Below, one piece after another: positions 40,451-50,332 of a stretch of DNA of 64,000 bases (position 1 is its first letter; every line of letters begins with the position of its first letter). The position numbers were made by a program, and so were the translations under genes. The stretch spans positions 9,120 through 73,119 of the forward strand of contig JBFHVQ010000002.1 in assembly GCA_041589455.1 (NCBI GenBank). Reading direction: 5' to 3'. The notes beneath the pieces were generated by a model. That model searched no databases. It saw nothing but the letters and a program-made list of their open reading frames with translations, and had not been told where the DNA came from. Source of the stretch: Gammaproteobacteria bacterium. GTDB lineage: Bacteria; Pseudomonadota; Gammaproteobacteria; SZUA-229.

Positions 40451-41266
40451 TCACTTTTGGAGACTAATCGAGTCAGAATGGCGTAACGTCATCATATACA
40501 GCCACGCCGCCTGCTGCTTACTTTTCGACTTTTGCACTCTTAGCCAACCTCGAACCTGCACTTTCTTTCCCTTAAGGTTTTGCAGCATATAATGATTAAA
40601 ATTTTTCAGATCTGATTGGTGAACTGTTAGTTTGAGCTGATTATCCAGTAACAGAGTTACACTTTTCCTGCCCTGCCAAATATCAGTCACACGAGCTCTG
40701 ACGATATGAAAGCCTCGACTTCTGGAATCCAGTTCTGCAACTGATTTAGCCTGAAACCTCCGCGATGACCAGATACCCCGCTTTGATTTCCTGGCGTCAT
40801 TCTCTTGCTGCCGATAACAGCTGCTCATACGATCATTAGGAGGCGTGGTAAATGCAATGCCATAACCCTGATCAATTAACCAGGCCTGTACGCTTGTTCC
40901 ATCACTAAGATACACATGTGCCAGAGTACGATTGTAACGATCATAGCGCTCAACACCATAGGCAATTGAGATGCGGTTATCTACCGCTTTCAGTAAATCC
41001 ACCAGAGCAGCACGTGCTGCCTCACCCTGACGTTTTTCCCTTTCATCAATGCTCCGTTTGCGGCTATGAAGCTCTGGCGTATCAATACCAATCAAACGCA
41101 GCTTTCGACCATCCTGTAGTTTCAGGGTATCGCCATCATAAACATAATCTACAGTCGCGGTTTCGTCGATGCGAGGAGGTGGGCAGTTGAAGTCTTGCGC
41201 CAGCAATATATTTGAGGCACAAAAAAAGGCACTGAAAATCAGCGCCTTTTTTATGACGTAAGCCAT
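40451..41266 (-). CDS. secreted thermonuclease (SNase) family protein
   Basis: Signal peptide from MAYVIKKALIFSAFF. DGDTL...RLIGIDTPE and the YDRYNRTLAHV SNase core. The longer ORF start would overlap rpmE. Confidence 0.8.
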   Translation of the reverse strand: MAYVIKKALIFSAFFCASNILLAQDFNCPPPRIDETATVDYVYDGDTLKLQDGRKLRLIGIDTPELHSRKRSIDEREKRQGEAARAALVDLLKAVDNRISIAYGVERYDRYNRTLAHVYLSDGTSVQAWLIDQGYGIAFTTPPNDRMSSCYRQQENDARKSKRGIWSSRRFQAKSVAELDSRSRGFHIVRARVTDIWQGRKSVTLLLDNQLKLTVHQSDLKNFNHYMLQNLKGKKVQVRGWLRVQKSKSKQQAAWLYMMTLRHSDSISLQK

Positions 41267-41279
41267 GGTTTGCAAAGAA

Positions 41280-41492
41280 TTACTTCTTAGTACCACCAAA
41301 ACGCTTACGGAATTTCTCAACCTGACCCGCAGAGTCTACAATCTTCTGCTTACCAGTAAAGAAAGGATGACATTGTGAGCAAACTTCAACTTGAAGCGCG
41401 TCTTTACTATATGTAGAACGCGTCTCAAAAGTGCTACCGCAACTACAGGTTACAGTAATGTCATGATAATTTGGATGTATGTCTGGCCTCAT
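41280..41492 (-). CDS. rpmE: 50S ribosomal protein L31 (Zn-ribbon form)
   Basis: [10 protein letters not shown]...CSCG...[12 protein letters not shown]. Confidence 0.97.
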   Translation of the reverse strand: MRPDIHPNYHDITVTCSCGSTFETRSTYSKDALQVEVCSQCHPFFTGKQKIVDSAGQVEKFRKRFGGTKK

Positions 41493-41636
41493 TTTCGAGT
41501 CCTCAAAGCCTTGCTGCCGTAAAGAGCCGCGTATAATACAAGCTTACTGGTCGATGAGCAAGGGGAAAATCACTGGCTTTTCCATGTTATTATCAAATTT
41601 ACAGGAATCAATTAAATATACTGCAGGAGAGTCGCA

Positions 41637-42101
41637 ATGAAAATGCTGATCAGCATGGTTATAACCATGGGTGTACTATTATTTGGCGCCCGATTTATGC
41701 TATCAGGTTCTGATGGTGTGATGGACATATTTAATAACAACGAAGGCGCACCAAAGGGTATAGGCGAACTGGGAAATGCGGTTGTTAAGCAGGATGTTAC
41801 CATTTATCAGTGGACTGATGCAGAAGGTGTGACTCACTACGGCAGCGCGCCGCCAACCAACCAGGGCGCCTACGAGAAAAAGGAAATCCGCGCTAACACC
41901 AACGTCATTCAAGCACACAAAACTCAGGAAGAAGCGGCAGAGGACGAACAAAGACCAAGAGTCGCCAAAATTGGTAACCCATACTCACCTGAAGGCATCA
42001 AGGACATGATTGAAACAACCAAAGACCTGCAGCAACAGTTGAATGAGCGTGCCGCAGACCAGGAGAAAATCATGCAGGACTTAATGGGTAAAAATAACTG
42101 A
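41637..42101 (+). CDS. DUF4124-domain protein
   Basis: N-terminal TM plus the IYQWTDAEGVTHYGSAPP motif, followed by a charged tail. Confidence 0.7.
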   Translation: MKMLISMVITMGVLLFGARFMLSGSDGVMDIFNNNEGAPKGIGELGNAVVKQDVTIYQWTDAEGVTHYGSAPPTNQGAYEKKEIRANTNVIQAHKTQEEAAEDEQRPRVAKIGNPYSPEGIKDMIETTKDLQQQLNERAADQEKIMQDLMGKNN

Positions 42102-42103
42102 CT

Positions 42104-43252
42104 TCAGGAAAACAGATTAATCAGGTCATTCAGGAATAGATACCCCTGTTCTGATGCACACAGAACACCATCGTTATGCACCATTAAACCGCTTTCTATT
42201 GCATCTTCACAACGAGACTCAATAAACTCTCGAGGCAAGCCCGTGTGCTGCTCAAATAATGCATAGCTAAACCCCTGCTTCAAACGCAACGCATTGAGCA
42301 TAAATTCAAAAACGATTTGCTGCGGCTCAAGCACTTCACGGCCTGAGGTTTTCTCTGTCGCAGCCGCCTGCATATAATCTGCGGGCTGGCGCCGTTGCCA
42401 GTAACGGCAGACCTCACCATTATCACTGAGACTCAGCTTGCCGTGAGCCCCCGCCCCTAAGGCGAGATAATCACCAAACTGCCAGTAGTTGAGATTATGC
42501 TGACAATATTGCCCATTTCGCGCATAAGCCGACACTTCATACTGCTCAAAGCCATTAGCCGCCAGTAGCGCCTGCCCCTGTGTCTGTAGTTCCCATAGCT
42601 GGTCATCATCCGGGGTTACTGGCGGTTGTGTATAAAACAGGGTGTTCGGCTCAATGGTCAACTGGTACCAGGACAGATGCTGTGGCGATAGCTCGATTGC
42701 CTTTCGCAGGTCATCCAGCCCCTGCTCAACACTCTGTTCTGGCAAGCCAAACATAAGGTCAAGATTAATATTTTCAAAGCCGGCACGTCGCGCCACCTCA
42801 ACCGCTCGCAGCGCCTCATCACCATTATGAATACGCCCCAGTGACTGCAATTTTTCATTGTCAAAGCTCTGGACACCAATTGAAAGACGGTTGATTCCAG
42901 CTTCATAAAAGCCATTGAATTTTTCCTGCTCGACCGTTCCAGGATTTGCCTCCATGGTAATTTCCATAGTCGGCAGACAGTTCAAATGGCTTCTTATAAA
43001 ACGAATAATGCGCTGCAGGCCATCCGCCGAAAACAGGCTGGGGGTCCCTCCTCCTATAAACACCGAAACGATGCGTCGACCCCAGATCAGTGGCAATTGC
43101 TGCTCCAGATCTGCCTGCAGCGCATCGATATACGCCTGCTCAGGCAAGGTCTCAAAGGTGTGTGAATTAAAATCACAGTAGGGACATTTCTTAACGCACC
43201 AGGGAATATGTAGATATAATGCGAGGGGTGGCAATGTTGTGAATTCAGGCAT
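42104..43252 (-). CDS. hemW: radical SAM heme chaperone HemW
   Basis: LYLHIPWCVKKCPYCDFNS, GGGTPS and the HemN-like C-domain. Confidence 0.92.
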   Translation of the reverse strand: MPEFTTLPPLALYLHIPWCVKKCPYCDFNSHTFETLPEQAYIDALQADLEQQLPLIWGRRIVSVFIGGGTPSLFSADGLQRIIRFIRSHLNCLPTMEITMEANPGTVEQEKFNGFYEAGINRLSIGVQSFDNEKLQSLGRIHNGDEALRAVEVARRAGFENINLDLMFGLPEQSVEQGLDDLRKAIELSPQHLSWYQLTIEPNTLFYTQPPVTPDDDQLWELQTQGQALLAANGFEQYEVSAYARNGQYCQHNLNYWQFGDYLALGAGAHGKLSLSDNGEVCRYWQRRQPADYMQAAATEKTSGREVLEPQQIVFEFMLNALRLKQGFSYALFEQHTGLPREFIESRCEDAIESGLMVHNDGVLCASEQGYLFLNDLINLFS

Positions 43253-43298
43253 TGGACAATTTTACAACATTTAACACGAGCATTACCCCCAATAAACC

Positions 43299-43712
43299 AT
43301 GATAGAAAGACGTTATTTACTGCTCTACGCCTACAAAGCGTTTATTTATATATCCATTGCTGCGGTGGTTTATATATTCACAGCCGGCCTGTTTACTTCG
43401 CCGGTATCGGAAGACACTTCAGACGAAACCAGACACCCGCAATTTTCACTCGACACCCTGAAAACCAGCTCACACGCTTATTTCAAAACTGAACACCGTG
43501 AAATTTTGGTGATTAAACACAACGAGACTTATGCAGTTTTCTGGGCGAATGACCCAGTTTATGGCTGTCGCCTGGAGTTTATGACGGATTATATAAAACC
43601 CGTCTGTATCGATATTAAATACAACCTTAAGGGAGAAGGTGCTGATAAACGACAGCAGCTTGACTCACCGGAATACAAAATAACCCAGCAAAACACACTG
43701 CTGGTTTATTAA
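43299..43712 (+). CDS. hypothetical membrane-anchored protein
   Basis: N-terminal TM (AFIYISIAAVVYIFTAGLF) plus a ~100-aa soluble domain. No family recognised. Confidence 0.4.
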   Translation: MIERRYLLLYAYKAFIYISIAAVVYIFTAGLFTSPVSEDTSDETRHPQFSLDTLKTSSHAYFKTEHREILVIKHNETYAVFWANDPVYGCRLEFMTDYIKPVCIDIKYNLKGEGADKRQQLDSPEYKITQQNTLLVY

Positions 43713-43732
43713 CCCAGCTTTCAGCTACTTTA

Positions 43733-43757
43733 CGGCGGGGACAGACCTCCGCTGTTT
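43733..43757 (+). terminator. candidate intrinsic terminator
   Basis: CGGCGGGG / CCTCCGCTG GC-rich stem (8 pairs including 2 G-U), 6-nt loop, then TTT. Confidence 0.35.
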
Positions 43758-43913
43758 GAGCTCTATCCTCTGTTGTGACACCACTCAATTTATTAGAATT
43801 TTCGGCTGAAGTACTTAGTGAGCCAGAGGGAATCTAAACAAAAGGCAGAGCGTATAGAGCAAGAGCCTGCACCGGTGCCAAAAGAACCAAACAGACCTAT
43901 TACGATTGATCAT

Positions 43914-45281
43914 TTACGGGCTGACGGGTTCAGCACTGGCTTTCTGATGCTTTGCCAACACACGAATCAGCAAAATAGCAGGTAGCCCAAGTGCGGCGGT
44001 ATAAATAAAGAACGGCACATAACCATAGGCATCGACAAAGGTACCCGAGAAACCACCGATAAACTTGGCCGGCAATAGCATCAGCGAGCTAAACAGCGCG
44101 TACTGGGTTGCGGTATAAGCCTTATTGGTCAAACTCGACAGGTAAGCAATAAACGCCGAACCGGCAATCCCTGCACTCAGATTATCGGCACCGATCACCA
44201 TCGACAACAGGGTACTACTGGGCACATTCATCGCAACAACAACAAATAGTAGATTGGTCGCCACCACAATCACCGCACCCAGCATCAGAATCGGAAACAC
44301 ACCATAACGCACCACCATTGCGCCACCCAGTAAGGCACCGATAATGGTCACAATCGGCCCAATGGTTTTGGTCACCAGGCCAATTTGCAGATCGCTATAC
44401 CCTACATCCACATACAGCGGGTTCGCCATAATCCCCATGGAGATATCACTCACCCTGAACAGGCCAATAAACAGCAGCACAACGAGAGCAAAGCGGCCAT
44501 TACGCTTAAAGAAATCGGTAAATGGGCAGATCACAGCACCAATTAGCCAGGCATAAACCATGCGTACACGTTGTGGCAAATGGGAAGCATTTTCCAGAAA
44601 ATGCACCACTCGCTCTTCTTCCTGCCAGGTTTGCTGACTAATATTACGCTGCGGCTCCGGAATAAACAGCGTGGTTAGCACGCCAATCAGCATAAATAAT
44701 GCCATTACCGAATAGGCCAGCGGCCAGGAATGGAAATGTGCCAGACTGAAAGCACCACCCCCAGCCAGTAGCATACCCAGACGGTACCCCATCTGATAAG
44801 TGCCAGACATCGCACCCTGAGACTCAACCGGCATGGCCTCAATACGCCAGGCATCGATCGCAATATCCTGCGTTGCCGAGGCGAAGGCCACCAGTAGTGC
44901 AGCATAGACCAGCAGGCTCAGCTGTGTAGACGGGTTGCTCATAGACATCAGGAACAGACCGCCGATAACACCCAGCTGCGCTAGCAGAATCCAGCTGCGG
45001 CGCTGCCCCATAGCACTACCAATCAGTGGCAGCCTGAGACGGTCGACCAGAGGCGACCATGAAAATTTAAGTCCATACAACAGCGCCACCCAGCTGATAT
45101 AGCCAATGGTGCTTTTGTCCACACCACTGCGCGCCAACCAGGCGGATAACGTACCAAACACGAGTAGCAGCGGCAGCCCCGCCGAAAACCCTAGAAACAG
45201 CATGGCGATGACCCGTGGATGACGATAATTATCCAGGGCATTTTTCCAGCTATGTTTTGGTACTGCCTGTTCAGTGTTAAT
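43914..45281 (-). CDS. ampG: AmpG-family muropeptide MFS permease (probable non-ATG start)
   Basis: LGFSAGLP, KFSWSPLVDR and a 12+ TM MFS architecture. Homology-like sequence (SWKNALDNYRHPRVIA) continues upstream of the first ATG (45203) up to ATT codons at 45279-45284. Confidence 0.85.
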   Translation of the reverse strand: MNTEQAVPKHSWKNALDNYRHPRVIAMLFLGFSAGLPLLLVFGTLSAWLARSGVDKSTIGYISWVALLYGLKFSWSPLVDRLRLPLIGSAMGQRRSWILLAQLGVIGGLFLMSMSNPSTQLSLLVYAALLVAFASATQDIAIDAWRIEAMPVESQGAMSGTYQMGYRLGMLLAGGGAFSLAHFHSWPLAYSVMALFMLIGVLTTLFIPEPQRNISQQTWQEEERVVHFLENASHLPQRVRMVYAWLIGAVICPFTDFFKRNGRFALVVLLFIGLFRVSDISMGIMANPLYVDVGYSDLQIGLVTKTIGPIVTIIGALLGGAMVVRYGVFPILMLGAVIVVATNLLFVVVAMNVPSSTLLSMVIGADNLSAGIAGSAFIAYLSSLTNKAYTATQYALFSSLMLLPAKFIGGFSGTFVDAYGYVPFFIYTAALGLPAILLIRVLAKHQKASAEPVSP

Positions 45282-45283
45282 AA

Positions 45284-46060
45284 TTATTCCAGTGTATAGT
45301 CGTAATCGATAACCAGCGGCGCATGATCAGAAAAACGTTCGTCTTTATAGATATGCGTCGACTGCACTGTGTCTTTTAATTTCGGTGTAATAATCTGGTA
45401 ATCAATGCGCCAACCCGTATTGTTTGCCCACGCCTGCCCGCGATTGCTCCACCAGGTATATTCATGAGGCTTCTGATTGACAACACGAAACGCATCCACA
45501 TAGCCTACTTCATCAAATAACTCGGTCATCCACTCGCGTTCTTCAGGGAGGAAGCCGGAATTCTTCTGGTTACTGCGCCAGTTTTTAATATCAATTTGTT
45601 TATGTGCAATATTCCAGTCACCACAGATCACAAACTCTCGGCGCTTACGTCGGAGTTTCTGCAGATGGGTCTTAAAGCGGCCCATAAAATCAAACTTAAG
45701 CGCCTGCCGCTCTTCCGATGAAGAACCAGAATGCATATACAGTGATATCACACTGAGTTTTTCAAACTGCACTTCCAGATACCGCCCTTCCTGATCGATA
45801 TCATGCATACCTATGCCCATATGTACTTTTTTAGGCTTGAGCTTACTGTAAACCGCGACCCCACTGTAACCTTTTTTTTCAGCATCGTGGTAATAGCAGT
45901 GGTAGCCCTCCGGATGAAACATCGAGTCTTCCAGCTGGTGAACCTGAGCTTTCGTTTCCTGAATGCAAATCACATCCGCCTGCTGTAGTTTTAGCCACTC
46001 AAAAAAACCTTTACGGGCAGCAGCTCGGATTCCATTGGTATTAACTGATATAATGCGCAT
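45284..46060 (-). CDS. xthA: exodeoxyribonuclease III
   Basis: MRIISVNTNGIRAA, CIQETK, GDWNIAH and SDHAP motifs. Confidence 0.93.
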   Translation of the reverse strand: MRIISVNTNGIRAAARKGFFEWLKLQQADVICIQETKAQVHQLEDSMFHPEGYHCYYHDAEKKGYSGVAVYSKLKPKKVHMGIGMHDIDQEGRYLEVQFEKLSVISLYMHSGSSSEERQALKFDFMGRFKTHLQKLRRKRREFVICGDWNIAHKQIDIKNWRSNQKNSGFLPEEREWMTELFDEVGYVDAFRVVNQKPHEYTWWSNRGQAWANNTGWRIDYQIITPKLKDTVQSTHIYKDERFSDHAPLVIDYDYTLE

Positions 46061-46124
46061 ACTTTTTTAAACAAACTTATTTCGGCTGGGCATTTTACAT
46101 GCTGCAGCCTGCACAAGGTAGCGT

Positions 46125-46769
46125 ATGAAAGATTATCAGAAAAACTTTATTGAACTGGCACTGCAATACAAGGTGCTTAAGTTTGGCGAATTTACCCTGA
46201 AATCTGGCCGACAAAGCCCCTACTTCTTTAATGCAGGCCTGTTCAACACCGGTAAAGCCCTGGCTGAAATGGGCCGATGCTATGCCCAGGCCATTGTCGA
46301 CAGTGGCATTGAGTATGACCTGCTATTTGGCCCTGCCTATAAAGGCATCCCACTGGTTGCGGTGACCGCAATGGCATTGCACATCGATCACGGACTGGAT
46401 GTGCCCTATGCTTTTAATCGTAAAGAAGCCAAAGATCACGGCGAAGGCGGTTCAATTGTCGGCTCTGCAATTGAGGGTCGCGTACTGATTCTCGATGATG
46501 TAATTACTGCAGGCACCGCCATTCGAGAAGCCATTGAGATCATTGATAATAACGGCGGCACACCCACTGGTGTAATGATTGCGCTGGATCGTCAGGAAAA
46601 AGGCACCGGAGAACGCTCTGCAGTTCAGGAGATTAATCAGGACTATGGCATGGAGGCACTTAGTATTGTGAGCATGGAGCATCTGATCCAGTACCTCAAG
46701 GAACAGGGGGAAAGCGAGATGCTGGACGCTATGAACTTTTATCGAACAGAGTTCGGTGTTAAAGCCTGA
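46125..46769 (+). CDS. pyrE: orotate phosphoribosyltransferase
   Basis: [17 protein letters not shown], the GPAYKGIPL loop and the PRPP loop [12 protein letters not shown]. Confidence 0.95.
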   Translation: MKDYQKNFIELALQYKVLKFGEFTLKSGRQSPYFFNAGLFNTGKALAEMGRCYAQAIVDSGIEYDLLFGPAYKGIPLVAVTAMALHIDHGLDVPYAFNRKEAKDHGEGGSIVGSAIEGRVLILDDVITAGTAIREAIEIIDNNGGTPTGVMIALDRQEKGTGERSAVQEINQDYGMEALSIVSMEHLIQYLKEQGESEMLDAMNFYRTEFGVKA

Positions 46770-46777
46770 TTACCAAC

Positions 46778-47539
46778 TTAACCAGCGATCAACTTTATCC
46801 CCACCAGCAAGGTCACTATTTCATAGGTGACCTTGATCAGGCGGTTACCCTTTATTATGGCCATATGCGCACCCAGGTAACCGCCCAGCAAAGAACCTAA
46901 CAATAAAGCCGGCAGCCAGGCCCAGTGAATTTCTCCCAGCATTCCTAGCGTCAGCGCACCAGAACCGTTCCAGAAAATCCCCACCAGTATCAGGGTATAG
47001 GCAACCGCCATTTTATAATCCATACCAAACCAGCGTACCAGCCATAGGGTAACAAACAGACCCGTGCCTGAAGTGAGTGAGCCATTCAGAATACCAATCA
47101 GAAAAATAACCAGTCCACCAATGAGCAGGCCCTTTTTATCGCGGTTTCTCAGGCTTAGCTGTTGCCCAAGCCCCTTTGATAACCATGAATAGACGCCTAA
47201 CCCCATGGTCAGCACTCCCAGCGCGATTTCAGCCCAACGTCCCGGCACCTGCAGAATAAGACTGGCACCTATAATGACACCAGGAATTCCCATAGTCAGA
47301 ATATAGAGGGCAAAAAAACGTTCCAGACGGCTGGAACTTAAGTGGCGAATCGTAGCTCCAATACCTAAGGCAACACTGGCCACTTTATGGGTAGCTAGGG
47401 CGATTGAAAAAGGCAGTCCGAGAAATATCAAAGCGGGCAACTGTATTAAACCAGCACCACCACCTGCAAGCGCTGAAAAAAAGTTGGCAACCAGGGAAAT
47501 AAGAAACAGAATAATCTGGTCTGATATTTCTAACGGCAT
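46778..47539 (-). CDS. TauE/SafE-family anion (sulfite-type) exporter
   Basis: 8-TM DUF81 architecture with repeated G-rich helices. Confidence 0.85.
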   Translation of the reverse strand: MPLEISDQIILFLISLVANFFSALAGGGAGLIQLPALIFLGLPFSIALATHKVASVALGIGATIRHLSSSRLERFFALYILTMGIPGVIIGASLILQVPGRWAEIALGVLTMGLGVYSWLSKGLGQQLSLRNRDKKGLLIGGLVIFLIGILNGSLTSGTGLFVTLWLVRWFGMDYKMAVAYTLILVGIFWNGSGALTLGMLGEIHWAWLPALLLGSLLGGYLGAHMAIIKGNRLIKVTYEIVTLLVGIKLIAG

Positions 47540-47687
47540 TAAATATTCACTCGCAAGCAGATGATTAATTAAACTTTATATACCCTGTTCCAGCGAACTT
47601 GTTCGTCAAAAACTCAGGTATGTGGTATATAATTACGGCATAACAAGAAAAAAAACGTCAACCACAAAACATGAGCATGTTACCACT

Positions 47688-48338
47688 ATGAAAAGCGTAA
47701 ATCGTCTGAAGCCTTATATATCAAGCTTATTTTTTTCATGTCTTGTTCTAGCCGCTCCCGCATTTGCTGGCTTAAAAAAGTGGGTTGATGAAGAAGGCAA
47801 TGTACACTACGGCGACAGAGTCCCTGCAAAATACCTTTCGAAACAGCACGACACGCTCAATGAACAGGGACTAATAGTCAATACCAAGAAGGCCATGAAA
47901 ACAGACGCCGAAATTTCCCTGGAAGAAGAGAATCGCAAGAAAAAAGCTGAAGAAGATAAACAACGCCTGGTTGAGCAACGTAAACAGGCACTCAGAGATC
48001 GCGTGTTACTTGATACCTTTACCACTGAAAGAGATATTGAAATTGCACGTGATGCCCGACTCGACGCCATTGATTCACAAATCTCCCTCGCCAACACGCT
48101 AATAGAAAGCGATGAAAAAAAACTGGAAAATGTTCAGCAACGAATCAAAGATATTGAAGGCACCGGGCGCGTAGTCCCTGAGAACCTGCACAAAAAAGTA
48201 ACTGCCGTTAGTCGTCAACTTGAAAACAGCTATGGCTTTATCGAGGACAAAAACACTGAACGACAAAACACACTAATTAAATTTGATGAAGACGTAAAAC
48301 GCTTCAGAGAATTAAAAAGCAAAAAAAGACAACAATAA
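47688..48338 (+). CDS. DUF4124-domain protein, second copy
   Basis: Signal/TM region plus KKWVDEEGNVHYGDRVP, followed by a long charged coiled coil. ATG 47688 is preferred over GTG 47622. Confidence 0.7.
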   Translation: MKSVNRLKPYISSLFFSCLVLAAPAFAGLKKWVDEEGNVHYGDRVPAKYLSKQHDTLNEQGLIVNTKKAMKTDAEISLEEENRKKKAEEDKQRLVEQRKQALRDRVLLDTFTTERDIEIARDARLDAIDSQISLANTLIESDEKKLENVQQRIKDIEGTGRVVPENLHKKVTAVSRQLENSYGFIEDKNTERQNTLIKFDEDVKRFRELKSKKRQQ

Positions 48339-48356
48339 GCCTTCGCAGTTAGAAGC

Positions 48357-49070
48357 GTGAACAACGAACGTCTAGATAAAATAATACAAAGCCTAAACCA
48401 GCGCCAACCTGACCTGACCATCATGATGGAAAACGTTACCAAGCCTCACAACCTGGCTGCAGTAGCGCGCACATCAGATGCGATCGGACTTCTGGACATA
48501 CACGCTATCACCGAGCGTAAATCGATTAAATTAACCAGTATGTCTGCATCTGGCGTTAAAAAATGGATCACCGTTCACACTCACCCTGACACAACAAACG
48601 CAATAAAACAGCTGAGACAACAGGGCCTACAAATTGTTTCCAGCTGTCTCAATGAAAGCGCTATCGACTATCGGGAATTTGACTACACTAAACCCACAGC
48701 CATTATCCTGGGCACGGAGCTAGAAGGCACCAGCCAATCCGCAATTGAGCAGTCTGATGCACATATTTATATCCCCATGACGGGGCTGGTACAGTCATTA
48801 AATGTATCAGTAGCTAGCGCCCTGATACTGTATGAGGCTTATCGCCAGCGCCAACAAGCCGGAATGTATGAAAAACGCCAGCTAGCTGATGAGCGTTATT
48901 TGAAATTACTCTTCGAATGGTACCACCCAAAGATAGCTCGTTATTGTAACCAAAAAAAAATCCCCTACCCTAAAATCAATGAACAGGCAGAAATCCTGGA
49001 ACCAGTTGCAGACAGTACCACGCATACCGAACAGACTTATGCTGAATGGCTAACCAATAAGCAACTCTAG
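48357..49070 (+). CDS. trmH: tRNA (guanosine18-2'-O)-methyltransferase
   Basis: RQPDLTIMMENVTKPHNLAAVARTSDA and SLNVSVA SpoU motifs. GTG start. Confidence 0.88.
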   Translation: MNNERLDKIIQSLNQRQPDLTIMMENVTKPHNLAAVARTSDAIGLLDIHAITERKSIKLTSMSASGVKKWITVHTHPDTTNAIKQLRQQGLQIVSSCLNESAIDYREFDYTKPTAIILGTELEGTSQSAIEQSDAHIYIPMTGLVQSLNVSVASALILYEAYRQRQQAGMYEKRQLADERYLKLLFEWYHPKIARYCNQKKIPYPKINEQAEILEPVADSTTHTEQTYAEWLTNKQL

Positions 49071-49072
49071 CA

Positions 49073-50326
49073 CTATACAATATTGGCGAGATTATCTTGC
49101 TGTGATTTCAGCACTTCCATTTCACCTACGACGACTTTATTTCTACCCTGGGATTTAGCCTTATACAACGCCTTGTCTGCCACTTTAAACAGCATTAGAG
49201 GCGTCGCCTGCTTGTCTGGAATCACCGAGGCTATACCAATACTCATTGTTACATAATCACTCAACGGAGATGTTGCATGAACTAGTTTTGCCTGTTCAAG
49301 ACGCACCTGTATTTGATCTGCAACTTTCTGAACATTTTCACTATCAACACCTGGTAATAAAACAACAAACTCCTCACCACCTATACGTGCAACCATATCG
49401 GTCACCCGATTCAGAGATGAGCGTAAGACTCTTGCCACTTCTTTCAAACATGCATCTCCTTCTGCGTGACCATAGGTATCGTTATATAATTTAAAATAAT
49501 CGATATCTATAATCATTAAAGAAAGCACTGTGCGTTGACGAACGTCACGCTTCCATTCTGACTCAAGTTTCATTTCAAAATAACGCCGATTATGCAATCC
49601 CGTTAAGGCATCTTCCATGCTCATAGTTTCGAGCTGCTCATTAGCATGAATTAATTCCATATTTGAGATACTCAGAGAATTTACTAACTGTGATTTCTCA
49701 TATTGCATACTCAGACTTTCAGACAAATTGCTATCCATCCTGCGAATCGCAACAATCACACCAATCATATACAGACCAAACATATAAACCAGGACTGTGC
49801 CTTTATCTTCAAGCGTTATCGCTATATACAATAAATATGGAATAGTGGTGATAACCTGAAACAGCAACATAACACTCTGCATTACCCCAAGTAATGGAAT
49901 GGCTGCTGCACTAACACCAAGCAAAACAATAAAGATATAAACCTGCGACAGCTGATCCAGCTTTGAACCAATCAGAATAGCGCCCATACACCAGGCGAAA
50001 GCACTTAAAAATGTATAGACACTGAATTTTTTTAACCAAAGTTCGAAATCTGTTACTTTATTCTTTTGATGGAAACGACAGAAACGAAACGTATTCCAGG
50101 TTCTTAGCAAAGTGATCAACATAAACGCAAACCACCACACAGCACCTTCCCAGTAATAGCTCGCATCAATTGCAAGATAAGCAACCAACATCGATGCCAT
50201 TATTGATAACAACCAGCTTTGTCGCTGATTACTATAAAGCAGCTCGACCTTTTTCTGAAAAACCCAGGCTCCTGTTTCTGAGTTTTTATCCTTATAATCC
50301 ATATTTTTATACTTCTGATCACTCAT
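49073..50326 (-). CDS. membrane-anchored diguanylate cyclase
   Basis: About 6 TM segments in the N-domain, then GGDEF (DALTGLHNRR, RIGGEEFVV). Confidence 0.88.
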   Translation of the reverse strand: MSDQKYKNMDYKDKNSETGAWVFQKKVELLYSNQRQSWLLSIMASMLVAYLAIDASYYWEGAVWWFAFMLITLLRTWNTFRFCRFHQKNKVTDFELWLKKFSVYTFLSAFAWCMGAILIGSKLDQLSQVYIFIVLLGVSAAAIPLLGVMQSVMLLFQVITTIPYLLYIAITLEDKGTVLVYMFGLYMIGVIVAIRRMDSNLSESLSMQYEKSQLVNSLSISNMELIHANEQLETMSMEDALTGLHNRRYFEMKLESEWKRDVRQRTVLSLMIIDIDYFKLYNDTYGHAEGDACLKEVARVLRSSLNRVTDMVARIGGEEFVVLLPGVDSENVQKVADQIQVRLEQAKLVHATSPLSDYVTMSIGIASVIPDKQATPLMLFKVADKALYKAKSQGRNKVVVGEMEVLKSQQDNLANIV

Positions 50327-50332
50327 ACCATG

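Noticed and set aside
39168-40592. Antisense ORFs 39168-39542, 39900-40139, 39976-40215 and 40380-40592 opposite the malic enzyme and nuclease genes
   Set aside because: These are shadow frames of strongly supported genes, and their translated sequences show no family features.
41493-41636. Possible riboswitch or leader (for example c-di-GMP GEMM) in the rpmE / DUF4124 intergenic region, and a TATAAT at 41531-41536
   Set aside because: No GEMM-like conserved GCAAAGC/ACGCACAGGGC blocks are present. The TATAAT has only a poor -35 (TTGCTG) at 15-nt spacing, so the evidence is insufficient.
43818-43985. 55-aa GTG-initiated ORF in the 200-nt gap before the ampG 3' end
   Set aside because: It has no SD, overlaps the ampG C-terminus antisense, and shows no recognisable motif. 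The gap more likely holds only the candidate terminator at 43733-43757.
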